Shown here in pieces: positions 11,006 to 19,900 of a DNA stretch of 64,000 bases (the first letter of the stretch is position 1; each line of letters begins with the position of its first letter). The notes under the pieces were generated by a model, which ran no database searches, had not been told where the DNA came from, and saw nothing but the letters and a program-made list of their open reading frames with translations. Source of the DNA: Promethearchaeota archaeon (GTDB lineage Archaea; Asgardarchaeota; Lokiarchaeia; Sigyniarchaeales; SOKP01). A program made the position numbers and the translations under genes. Location of the stretch: NCBI GenBank assembly GCA_029838195.1, contig JALGVJ010000014.1, positions 32,796-96,795 on the forward strand. Direction: 5' to 3'.

Positions 11006-11235
11006 TCCTTTGACACCTCTTACAATTAAAATCTTTTAAAATCCTTTAATTACTACTTACTTGTTCTTCTTTGATTTTCTTTTAAATGTCATTAATTAAG
11101 AATGAAATAAATATTTTTTTTAAATAATTTAAAAAATCCTCTGAGAAAAATTTAAAAACATGAAGAGTTCGGTCACCATACTAAATAATCTCCCGTTCTT
11201 GAATCTCCTAAAAAAATTCCCCTAAAATGAAAAAG

Positions 11236-11607
11236 TCATGACCACGCAACCTTGTTCACGTGAATGCTCCACTTTAATAAAAATAAATGCTCATCTCTCG
11301 TGTGTACTAATAAATAATCCCCCTCTTTTGTCTTCGAACCTAATAAATTTCCCTTCTTCTCACTTAGATTCTTGGCTGCGAATTGTAAATCATCATTCTT
11401 TAAAATGACATATCGAACACCTTGATATATTAGAGCGGGCGCCCCATTCTTCCAAGCCGATAAAATATACCGTCCTTCTTCAGAAGTGAGAGCATGAGTC
11501 CCCCATGTGAATAATACCTCCCCATCATTACTTAATATGAAGATCTCTTCCACACCCTCATGCATTCTTACTTGGTCCACCAAAAAATTAAATCTTTCTT
11601 CATTCAT
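11236..11607 (-). CDS. Profilin-like protein (Asgard eukaryotic-signature type)
   Basis: 123 aa; IFILSNDG...W and LIYQGVRYVILKND...AKNL...KGNL pattern matches the profilin beta-sheet core as recalled from Asgard profilins. Confidence 0.6.
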   Translation of the reverse strand: MNEERFNFLVDQVRMHEGVEEIFILSNDGEVLFTWGTHALTSEEGRYILSAWKNGAPALIYQGVRYVILKNDDLQFAAKNLSEKKGNLLGSKTKEGDYLLVHTRDEHLFLLKWSIHVNKVAWS

Positions 11608-11974
11608 GTTAGCATTTTACTCCCTAATTTAATACGCATCCATACTATTTTTACATGTAAACGCTCATACTTAAATGTATCAAATATTCAAAATTTTAAA
11701 GAAAGATTGATGCTCAAGAACTTCAGCATCGAAGGGGATATCATGACCCGATTAAATCTCTCGAGTCCTTACACTCATCATTCCTCTCTCTTCCAACTTC
11801 TTATATTTTCACGCTTCCGAGAAAAGTACAAGAATTCAAATTTTCAAAGTTCATGATATAGGAAAAAATATTAATCAAATCTCATATTATGGGGCTTGAG
11901 AGGTAATATTTTCTACCCCGCCTTAGAAGGCATGCCTCCCACTACTGCTTAACCCATTTATTCCACGAGAAACC

Positions 11975-12760
11975 ATGCCAACCCTCGTATTATCTGATAA
12001 AATTTATAACCCTGCCCTAACAAAAAATTTAAACCATCTGACCACGATCTACTCGAAACACCTGCAAGGTTTTACGAAAGGTTTCGAGCATACTAAAATC
12101 ACTATTAAAAAACTACGCTCTTTTGATCAGAGATTTGAAATCTCCATTAGTGGCCCCGAAGAAAAATTTATCTCTAACTTGCTTAAAAAAGAAATCGGAA
12201 GCATCCTTCAATTTGATGAATTAAAGGAAGGAATCATTCTTAAAGGCACTATGGTTGATGTGGGAAAAGTAGGTTTCGGAATATATGTCGACTGTGCCAT
12301 ATTTAACCCGCAAACTGATGTATTAATCGAACTCCATTCCCTCCGAAAACAATTATGCAACGGGAAAAAATTGTCCTTGAAAACCATTATTCGCACATTC
12401 GATTTCGCCGATCATTTCCCTATCCACGTATCCATTGATAAAATCAACACTAAAAAAAAAGAAATTCATGGCTCACTCGGAAAACCCACTCTCCGCCTTT
12501 TTCAAACTATTATTCAACAACAAGTGGAAGCCATTATTGCTTGCGGGACCACTAAAAGCCAATTTAAAAAAAGCTTGGTCCATCACGGACACCTCAAGGA
12601 TATCAAATTCCTCAAAAAATTATCCTTCCTCGAACACGTCCTACTCTTAAAAAAAGGTACTAATGCCGCCGGCATCATTAAACAAATTGGACCCGAACTC
12701 AGGGGATGTAAATTCATGGTACTCAAGCCCCAAAAAATCGCAACCCTCTTACAAGAATAA
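11975..12760 (+). CDS. Conserved archaeal protein, DUF2110-like (OB fold)
   Basis: G.MVDVGKVGFGIYVD and KKGTNAAGIIKQIGP motifs. Confidence 0.7.
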   Translation: MPTLVLSDKIYNPALTKNLNHLTTIYSKHLQGFTKGFEHTKITIKKLRSFDQRFEISISGPEEKFISNLLKKEIGSILQFDELKEGIILKGTMVDVGKVGFGIYVDCAIFNPQTDVLIELHSLRKQLCNGKKLSLKTIIRTFDFADHFPIHVSIDKINTKKKEIHGSLGKPTLRLFQTIIQQQVEAIIACGTTKSQFKKSLVHHGHLKDIKFLKKLSFLEHVLLLKKGTNAAGIIKQIGPELRGCKFMVLKPQKIATLLQE

Positions 12761-12776
12761 AAGAGGAAATCATGAG

Positions 12777-12886
12777 TGGGCCGGAGGAGGATCGAACTCC
12801 TGACCTTCGCGGTGTATTCGCGAAGAGAAAAATGAACATCTGTCATTCTCTTTAGCGCGACATCATACCCACTAGACTACCGGCCC
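12777..12886 (-). tRNA. tRNA-Val(TAC) with 37-nt intron at non-canonical position 33/34 (intron 12817..12853)
   Basis: Acceptor GGGCCGG/CCGGCCC-A, anticodon stem TCGCG/CGCGA, spliced loop CT-TAC-AC, T loop TTCGATC; strict BHB (central helix CGCG/CGCG, bulges CT^A and AA^T). Confidence 0.93.
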
Positions 12887-12906
12887 CCAGTTTCCGATAT
12901 CTAAAG

Positions 12907-13020
12907 CGCAAGCGGTGGGATTTTCAAGCTCATCAAAATGATGAGAGCTTTTTGAACCCACGGATCCATATGGACACCGGATTAGCAATCCGGCGCTCTA
13001 CCAGGCTAAGCGACGCTTGC
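12907..13020 (-). tRNA. tRNA-Ser(GCT) with 30-nt intron in the T loop, position 59/60 (intron 12921..12950)
   Basis: Acceptor GCAAGCG/CGCTTGC-G, CCGGA-TTGCTAA-TCCGG, long variable arm; strict BHB (TTCA/TGAA, bulges AA^A and AA^T). Confidence 0.93.
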
Positions 13021-13187
13021 GCGTCATTGTACTCAAGATCACGGAGATTATGGGATCTGGGAGGGACGCCGTATTCTCACTTGAGCCCATATTTTGATCA
13101 TAAAGATGGAAAATTTTAATACTTTTTGATGCGGGATTTATTGGGAAAAAATGAAAAGAAAAGGAAAATTAAAGGATATTTTTTCCC

Positions 13188-13670
13188 TCAGTCCGCAATG
13201 ATTTCGAACACCATTTTTTCAATGATTGGCTTCTTAGTATAGCGCTTATCATAATACCAGCCGACCAAGTGAGCCTCCTGGTTTTTTTCGGGAATCGGTG
13301 GAATTATAATTATCATGACACCGTTAGACAGGTATTTTAAGATGCGCTTATCGATGTTATGTAATTTATCATTTCCCGAAGGATGAGAATGCGCTTGCCA
13401 GACGATGTCAACGCCGAGTTCTTGTTTGAATTTGCGCATGTTATAAATCTTAGATTTCTTGTACCGCATCCAGCTTCGGGGCTTTTGATGCGTCTTGGTT
13501 TTTTTTAAATCGGTATTAATGATAAAGCTATTTACAATGCCGAAATTTTCCTTTCTATCAGCAAAAATCCAGAAATGAACGATATAAGGCAGCTCCTCTG
13601 CAGCTTTATTGGTAATTTCGTCAAAAATCCGCTGCGGAATGAGATATCTAAAATCTTTAGCACTGCTCAT
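13188..13670 (-). CDS. MPN/JAB (Mov34) domain protein, divergent
   Basis: WQAHSHPSGNDKLHNID resembles JAMM HxHx7Sx2D with S replaced by H; the upstream catalytic Glu is not evident. Confidence 0.65.
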   Translation of the reverse strand: MSSAKDFRYLIPQRIFDEITNKAAEELPYIVHFWIFADRKENFGIVNSFIINTDLKKTKTHQKPRSWMRYKKSKIYNMRKFKQELGVDIVWQAHSHPSGNDKLHNIDKRILKYLSNGVMIIIIPPIPEKNQEAHLVGWYYDKRYTKKPIIEKMVFEIIAD

Positions 13671-13895
13671 TGTTCTATACCTCTATGATAAGCATAAGGG
13701 GGGATAAAATTTATATTTTATGTTTTTTTCTGCTCTTGAAATCGCTAGCACTCGTCTCATGTATATGACATTCGCTATTCATCTCGTTTCTCTCATGATC
13801 TTCCATTAGTCATCCCTTAAATCGTAAAAATAATATAGTAATGTAAACTTTTTATTATTGATTGAAAACGAAAAATGTAATCAACTCAAGCCACA

Positions 13896-14002
13896 GCAGA
13901 CGTAGCCTAGCTGGTAAGACGCCGGCCTTGAGTGCGCATAGGAGAGACCCATGGAAAGCCGGTGCGCGCAAGCGCTCGGGGGTTCGAATCCCTCCGTCTG
14001 CG
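13896..14002 (+). tRNA. tRNA-Ser(TGA) with 24-nt intron at 37/38 (13933..13956)
   Basis: GCAGACG/CGTCTGC-G, CCGGC-CTTGAG..A-GCCGG, long variable arm, GGGGG-TTCGAAT-CCCTC. Confidence 0.88.
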
Positions 14003-14159
14003 TTCTTTCTCTTGAAATGGACTTGAGTATTTTGCATTATTTTTTTAGAAGATTTGTCTTCCATTTGCGAATGTAGAGTGTGGTTCTTCGTAGAGGAATA
14101 AAATTTTTTAAGTTTTATTAATTAATTAGGATAAGAAAAGTAGATGAGAACAGAAAGGC

Positions 14160-14258
14160 GGGCTATTGGCGCAGGCAGGTAGCGCAGCAGGCTCTTAAGA
14201 GTTTTTAAATCTTGGGGTCACCTGACGGTCGGGGGTTCGAATCCCTCATAGCCCGCCA
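14160..14258 (+). tRNA. tRNA-Lys(CTT) with 22-nt intron at 37/38 (14198..14219), CCA encoded
   Basis: GGGCTAT/ATAGCCC-G-CCA, loop CT-CTT-A^A; BHB with CTCT/GGGG helix and bulges TA^A and TC^A. Confidence 0.92.
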
Positions 14259-14628
14259 TTCTTTTTTAAGACATTTCTTATTTTTGGGGTGTTGAAATTT
14301 TTTGAACTACTAATTTTTTTAGAAGGATCTCATAAGAGAGCTTGTTTTGGACCGAGCCGTGAGGAGAGCCTTGCGGAACAGTAAGGATTTCCTAAAAAAG
14401 GCTAACAGTACCTTAATTAAACCCATATATTTATGGTAAATCATTTAGGGTTGAGGAGAAAGAGTTTTTTTTTAAGATGGATGAAATAAAAAGAGAAAAA
14501 AAGTCTTTTGCTTTAAAATAAATTTAAATTAATCTTGTTTTTTAATGGTTTTAGATGAGATTCGTGAAGAATTTCATTAGCAGAAATTTGTATTTTTGAA
14601 ATAAATTTCTCCCCACGATTAGGTAAAC

Positions 14629-15666
14629 ATGAAAAAGAAAGAACGGGATGGGTCGATGGAGAATGAGTCGAAAGAGGTAAGCAATAATAACATGTTAGGT
14701 GGAAGTACGGATGAGGAAGAATTATTAAAGGCATATTTAGAGAGGAAAGAAAAGCTTCCGCAAGTCATTCAATATGAAAAGGAAACAAGAAATTATGCAA
14801 TTTGGGGAGGAAAACTTACAGAAGACTTTAAGAAATGGTTGAAAGGTGAAAAAGTGAATTCGAAGAAAAAAGAGCGCATAAGCTTTTATGTTACAAGGGA
14901 CATGAAGAGGAAATGGACGGAATTTGCAAGGGAACAAGGGTTTCGCACCATTTCGAAATTCATTCGCCAAACTATTAACAATTTTATTGAACGTGAGGAA
15001 AGCCTCTCGGGAAGGATGGATGAGACCGCATTAAAAGAGTTCTCTCATGCCTTGAAGCAGCCTCTAACTTCAATTAAGGGATATTCTCAATTATTATTAG
15101 AAACGTATAATGAAGAGCTAAATAATGAGATTAGCAAAACCATATGGAACATTTTTCAGCAGAGCCTTCTCTTGGAAAATACCATCAATTCATTTCTTGA
15201 TGATATGAAAAGCGCAAGAAATCAAATTGACATTCTATTAATAGAAGATGACCTCGCAACCATTCGATTGCTGCGCAGTTATTTTCAGAGCAAGGGAATT
15301 AGTTTAAAAGGAGTGGTTTCAGGCTCTAAAGCTATCGAAGTTTTAAAGCAGACACGACCAAGCGTGATTTTATTAGATATCATCCTTCCAGATTTAAGTG
15401 GATATGATATTTGTAAGACCATAAAAATGGACAAGCGGTACAAGGATATTCCCGTCTATTATTTAACCGCTATTGCCCGAAACGAGGTCATGAAGCATTT
15501 GGAGGAAACCGGGGCAAACGGGTATATCTTGAAACCATTTGATTTTGCGGATTTTGAAGAAGTTTTAAAATATCTTGAACAACAAAGCCACGATGAGCAA
15601 GAGAACTCGGGCAATCGGAACAAATTAAATGAGCACGAGGATAAAATGATTGTTAATAAGGAATAA
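14629..15666 (+). CDS. RHH DNA-binding + HisKA (DHp) + receiver protein without HATPase domain
   Basis: ERISFYV..DMKRKW...TISKFIR (RHH); SHALKQPLTSIKGY (H-box); LLIEDD, LLDIILPD, LTA, LKPF (REC). Confidence 0.8.
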   Translation: MKKKERDGSMENESKEVSNNNMLGGSTDEEELLKAYLERKEKLPQVIQYEKETRNYAIWGGKLTEDFKKWLKGEKVNSKKKERISFYVTRDMKRKWTEFAREQGFRTISKFIRQTINNFIEREESLSGRMDETALKEFSHALKQPLTSIKGYSQLLLETYNEELNNEISKTIWNIFQQSLLLENTINSFLDDMKSARNQIDILLIEDDLATIRLLRSYFQSKGISLKGVVSGSKAIEVLKQTRPSVILLDIILPDLSGYDICKTIKMDKRYKDIPVYYLTAIARNEVMKHLEETGANGYILKPFDFADFEEVLKYLEQQSHDEQENSGNRNKLNEHEDKMIVNKE

Positions 15667-15702
15667 TCATGAGAATGATATAATATTTGAAAGGATCCCC
15701 TT

Positions 15703-16680
15703 TCATTCATCTTGCTGGTTATTTCTTTCGGATTCTTTCGATAGTTTCTTCTTTTCACTCAGATAGTTTAATATCATTTCAAAATCAGCGAAGTCAAAGG
15801 GTTTTAGAATGAGGCCATCGGCCATGCTCTCTTTAATGTTTTTTTCCACCTCAGAACGAGGGATGGCAGTCAATAGATAAACGGGAATATCTTTTAATTC
15901 TCGATCCATTTTTATCATTTTGGAAAGGTCGTAGCCGCTTAAATCGGGTAAAATGATATCCAGAAGAATTACTTTAGGGTGGCTAATTTTTAACTCTTCT
16001 ATTGCTTTAGTCCCGCTAATCACGCCCTTGCAAGAAAAACCCTTGCTTTCAAAATAACTGGTCAGCAAGCGAATCGTGCTGAGGTCGTCCTCAATGAGAA
16101 GAATGTCGGTTCCTTCCGATTCCGTACTAATCTTGTCGAGGATGTTCACGATTTTGTTTTCCAACATGATGGAAGAATCAAATATATTTTGAATGGCATT
16201 TCGGATATCTTCATTTAAGATTTTATCTTCCGTTTCCAAGAGGAATTGGCTGTAGCCTTTAATGGACGTAAGGGGTTCTTTAAGGGTATGGGAGATAGAT
16301 TTCATGGCCTCTTTATCTAATTTAAATTTTGCTCCTCGGATGGTTCTAGATTTCTCATCAATGAAATGATTCACGGCTTCTCGAATGAATTTTGAAATGG
16401 TAGAATATCCACATTCCCTTGCAAATTCCGTCCATTTCCTCTTCATGTCCCTTGTAACATATAAACTAATGCGCTCTTTTTCATTCTCGGGTTTTTTTTT
16501 GCCTTTTAACCATTTCTTAAAGTCATTAGTTATTTCCCCTTTCCAAATGGCGTATTTACCCGTTTCTTTTTCATACTGGATCATTTCAAGGGTTTTTTTT
16601 AGTTTCTTGCTGGTATTTATTTTAGAATTCTCGTTTATCTTAGAATGTTCAATATCATTCAAGTTATTAGAATTGGTCAT
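15703..16680 (-). CDS. RHH + HisKA + receiver protein, paralog of 14629..15666
   Basis: Same motifs: ERISLYV..DMKRKW, SHTLKEPLTSIKGY, LLIEDD, LLDIILPD, LKPF. Confidence 0.8.
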   Translation of the reverse strand: MTNSNNLNDIEHSKINENSKINTSKKLKKTLEMIQYEKETGKYAIWKGEITNDFKKWLKGKKKPENEKERISLYVTRDMKRKWTEFARECGYSTISKFIREAVNHFIDEKSRTIRGAKFKLDKEAMKSISHTLKEPLTSIKGYSQFLLETEDKILNEDIRNAIQNIFDSSIMLENKIVNILDKISTESEGTDILLIEDDLSTIRLLTSYFESKGFSCKGVISGTKAIEELKISHPKVILLDIILPDLSGYDLSKMIKMDRELKDIPVYLLTAIPRSEVEKNIKESMADGLILKPFDFADFEMILNYLSEKKKLSKESERNNQQDE

Positions 16681-16723
16681 TACATATAATTTTGCATAAT
16701 TTTGTATATTTTTTGATACTCAA

Positions 16724-16750
16724 TGGTAAAAAATTGGTAAAAAATTGGTA
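16724..16750. repeat. 11-bp tandem repeat (TGGTAAAAAAT x2.5) upstream of the regulator gene
   Basis: TGGTA at 16724, 16735 and 16746. Confidence 0.6.
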
Positions 16751-17632
16751 TAGACCTCTTTTTTTTACAATATTCTTATTAATTTTTTATCCGTTTTATT
16801 TTTTTATGTTAAACCATTAACCTGAAAGAACCACTTTAGTATCGTTGATTAAAATAATAATTTTAAAAATGGGTGAGATTCGTGGATAAAGTTTTAATTT
16901 ATAATTTTTTTATTGGTTTTTACTCATTGGAAATTTTTTATTTTTTTTTTGATTATTACCATTTTTTTTATCAATTCACTATTTTTTTTTGAAATTATTA
17001 TCATTAGTTAAAAAGATTATTGACCCACTTCTTTTGAGGGCAAATTATTATAATGAAAAAAAGGTGGATAATTTATTATAACTTAAAAGAGTTCCACGAA
17101 TATAATCAAGAGAAAAAAATAAATCCATACATGTTAATTCCTTTTTTTCAATTCATTCATTAATTCAATTATAATCCAAGAAATCCAAATCTCTATTTGC
17201 GTTAGAATTCTAAAACTTTTTCTAATCATGAAGATATTATTTTTAATACGCTTGGTGTAAAACTAGTTTGTTTTTGCATATAAAGATAATTCTATGTGTA
17301 ACCCTAAAGGTTTTTTACCCCATTGAAGAATGGTTTGTGCAAAAAATTATACATCAGACTTTCAAGTTTTTTGTCAAATGAATATAAGCGATTATAATCT
17401 GGAAAATATGAATCTTCAGTTTCTATCAGGAATAGTTAATTTTTCATTTTTAAAGCATTGAAAATTATTACAAAAAAGGGTAAAAATGTTTTGTTTCATT
17501 TGAAGAACTATTTTTTATCTAGTAAAAAGTGAGAAAATATTATATCGAATTTTTTCAAATCGAGTTTGTGACTTTTTGCTTCAGAATGAGGAGACACTGT
17601 GTAAGAATTGTAATTTCGTTCCGACAATAACA

Positions 17633-17640
17633 TTTAAATA
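17633..17640 (+). promoter_or_regulatory. Candidate TATA box for tfb
   Basis: TTTAAATA about 100 bp upstream of the start codon, preceded by an A-rich BRE-like stretch. Confidence 0.4.
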
Positions 17641-17682
17641 TGATAATTGGATCATAAGATCATAAGAATATGTGTAAAAAAT

Positions 17683-17707
17683 TGGATCATTTTTAAAAAA
17701 TGATCCA
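17683..17707. promoter_or_regulatory. Perfect 12-bp inverted repeat upstream of tfb (candidate operator)
   Basis: TGGATCATTTTT-A-AAAAATGATCCA; extra half site ATTGGATCAT at 17647..17656. Confidence 0.55.
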
Positions 17708-17742
17708 TTTCTAATTAAAAAGTATTATCTAATAACAGGGGT

Positions 17743-18636
17743 GTGCAAAAATTGGTCGTTGAAATTGATAATTCAATAAATCGTTGTCCTGAATGTTTCG
17801 GACATGCCATGACAATTCCTGAGAGAGGAGAAACAGTCTGCAAGCAGTGTGGATTAGTAATCACGGAGCGTGAGGTGGATATTCATCATAGCGGCATTAG
17901 AGCATATACCAAACAAGATAAGGAGAAAAAAGAGCGAAATGGCAGTCCGATATCCATTTTAATGCCTGATATCGGTTTGAGCACAATTATTGACCGAACA
18001 AACATTAAAAATCCAGATTTACGACGGGCTGCTAAATGGAACACTCATCTCAATTGGGAAAAGAGAAACATGCTAATTGCAATCACAGAATTAAAGCGAA
18101 TAGGAGGAAACTTAAATTTTCCGGACCACGTGAAAAAAGCTGCTGTCCGGCTATACAAAGAAGTATTTAAAAGAAATTTACTGCGAGGAAGATCGATTAA
18201 TGGAATGATCGCTGCTTGTGCTTACTACGTGTGCAAAAATGAAAAAGTTCCCATTACCTTACAAGAAATTTTAGATGAATCTTCCATAAGCGAAAATATT
18301 GTAAAAAGATGTTATAAAATATTGGTGAGTGAATTAAAATTGAAAACATCACATATAGATCCTGTATCTCTCATCCCTAGATATTGTGCGGATTTAAAAT
18401 TAGACATCCATATAGAAAAAGAAGCTATTAGAATTCTCAAGAATTTCATAAAAAGGGCCCCCATTTCCGGAAAAGATCCTAAAGGGCTCTGTGCAGGCGC
18501 CATTTATTTGGTAGCTAAATTAAATAACAAAAAGATCTCTCAAAAGGATATTGCGCAAGTCATTGGGGTGACGGAGGTCACTCTCCGAAGCAGGTACAAA
18601 GAGCTGCTGAAATGCATCAGTTATCATATTAATTAA
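17743..18636 (+). CDS. tfb: Transcription initiation factor IIB (TFB paralog)
   Basis: CPEC...RGETVCKQCG Zn ribbon, LLRGRS, GKDPKGLCAGAIY, VTEVTLRSRYKEL. Confidence 0.95.
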   Translation: MQKLVVEIDNSINRCPECFGHAMTIPERGETVCKQCGLVITEREVDIHHSGIRAYTKQDKEKKERNGSPISILMPDIGLSTIIDRTNIKNPDLRRAAKWNTHLNWEKRNMLIAITELKRIGGNLNFPDHVKKAAVRLYKEVFKRNLLRGRSINGMIAACAYYVCKNEKVPITLQEILDESSISENIVKRCYKILVSELKLKTSHIDPVSLIPRYCADLKLDIHIEKEAIRILKNFIKRAPISGKDPKGLCAGAIYLVAKLNNKKISQKDIAQVIGVTEVTLRSRYKELLKCISYHIN

Positions 18637-19044
18637 ATTATTTCTCTTTTTTTGCGAAGTAGATTTAGCTTTTCCAATTTTTTTCAAATTCTTTCGAAAA
18701 TTTTTCCAGAATTCAAGAATTCCAAAATTACAAAATTTCTTAACCGTCATTCATACCTCCAAGAATGACCAAGTTGTTAAGTAAATTAGATTTGAAATAA
18801 CACAAGAATTCTGGGCTTTTTAAAATTATAAACAAATACTTTACTTGAAGGAAAATAATTTGAAAAAAATCCATTTGAGAAATGTTGAAATGTATTAGTT
18901 ATCATATTAATTAAATTTTTTATCTCTTTTTCTTGAAAACGAGTTGTTTAGGTATTTTAAACTAGTTTTGCGAAGGGAATGATTTCCTTATAGAATGAAA
19001 GAGATGATTTTATAAGAGAATTTATTTAAATTATTTAAGATATT

Positions 19045-19779
19045 TTATTTACGATATCCTGTCCTACGTGCGGCTATTTGGCCTACTTTGCGGCCAGGAG
19101 GTGCATTTCTTGAAATAGTGGTTGGTTTATGTGGAGATTGTTTAGCTCCCCCGCCAAAAGGATGTGAACATGCATTCATGGCGACGCCTCGCACGATGGG
19201 CCATTTTTTAGCTTTCGATCGCAAGTAATGAAATTTATTTCCAGCTTTTAAAAAGGGTTTGTCTGTCCGTCCCCCACCAGCAACCACACCAATGGTACAG
19301 AGGCAATCTTCATGGAACCATCGGGTTTTTTTCGAGCGGAACAAGACATTAACTTTATTCCCAATTTTATCCTTTATAATTGCTCCAACTCCAGAAGCTC
19401 TTGCGAATTTTCCCCCATCTTGTGGGAAGCTTTCGATATTACATATTACGGTGCCAAGAGGCACGTTTTTGAGGGGTAATATATTCCCAACTTGAATTTT
19501 TTCATTTTCCCGCTTGGATTGAATGAACTCATTGCCGACGAAGATGCCTTCTGGTGGAAGGTATAAGGATCGTACTCCATCTTCATATTGAATTTCAGCC
19601 ACGGGAGCTCCACGTCCAGGGGAATGAATTAAGTCAATGACTTTAAACTTATAGAAGTTTATATCCGGGGTGAAGGAGCGATATTTCACGCGTCCCACGT
19701 GGCGATGGCTAGGGCTGCGAGCCCACAAGTTTCCTCGGCCTTTTCTTTGTGCTAAGATACGTTTTCCCATGGTATTCAC
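19045..19779 (-). CDS. rpl2: 50S ribosomal protein L2 (uL2)
   Basis: MGKRILAQRKGRG, VRGVAMN..HPFGGG, PPGRKVGQIAARRTG; probable start at 19770. Confidence 0.97.
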   Translation of the reverse strand: MNTMGKRILAQRKGRGNLWARSPSHRHVGRVKYRSFTPDINFYKFKVIDLIHSPGRGAPVAEIQYEDGVRSLYLPPEGIFVGNEFIQSKRENEKIQVGNILPLKNVPLGTVICNIESFPQDGGKFARASGVGAIIKDKIGNKVNVLFRSKKTRWFHEDCLCTIGVVAGGGRTDKPFLKAGNKFHYLRSKAKKWPIVRGVAMNACSHPFGGGAKQSPHKPTTISRNAPPGRKVGQIAARRTGYRK

Positions 19780-19900
19780 TTAAGTATTAATATTTAATTT
19801 AATTAAGGAATCTATAAAATTTTTTCCATGCGAAAAGAATCGGTTATTTTAAGATAATGGAACGAGAAAGGAGGATAATGAGAGAAAAATGGGTTCATGA

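Noticed and set aside
12583-14064. Track ORFs 12583..12846 and 13855..14064
   Set aside because: They overlap tRNA genes and are spurious
12777-16680. tRNA-anchored integrated element
   Set aside because: No integrase, no duplicated tRNA 3' end, no mobility genes
16681-17742. Replication origin
   Set aside because: No ORB-like repeats with G-strings recognised and no adjacent orc1/cdc6
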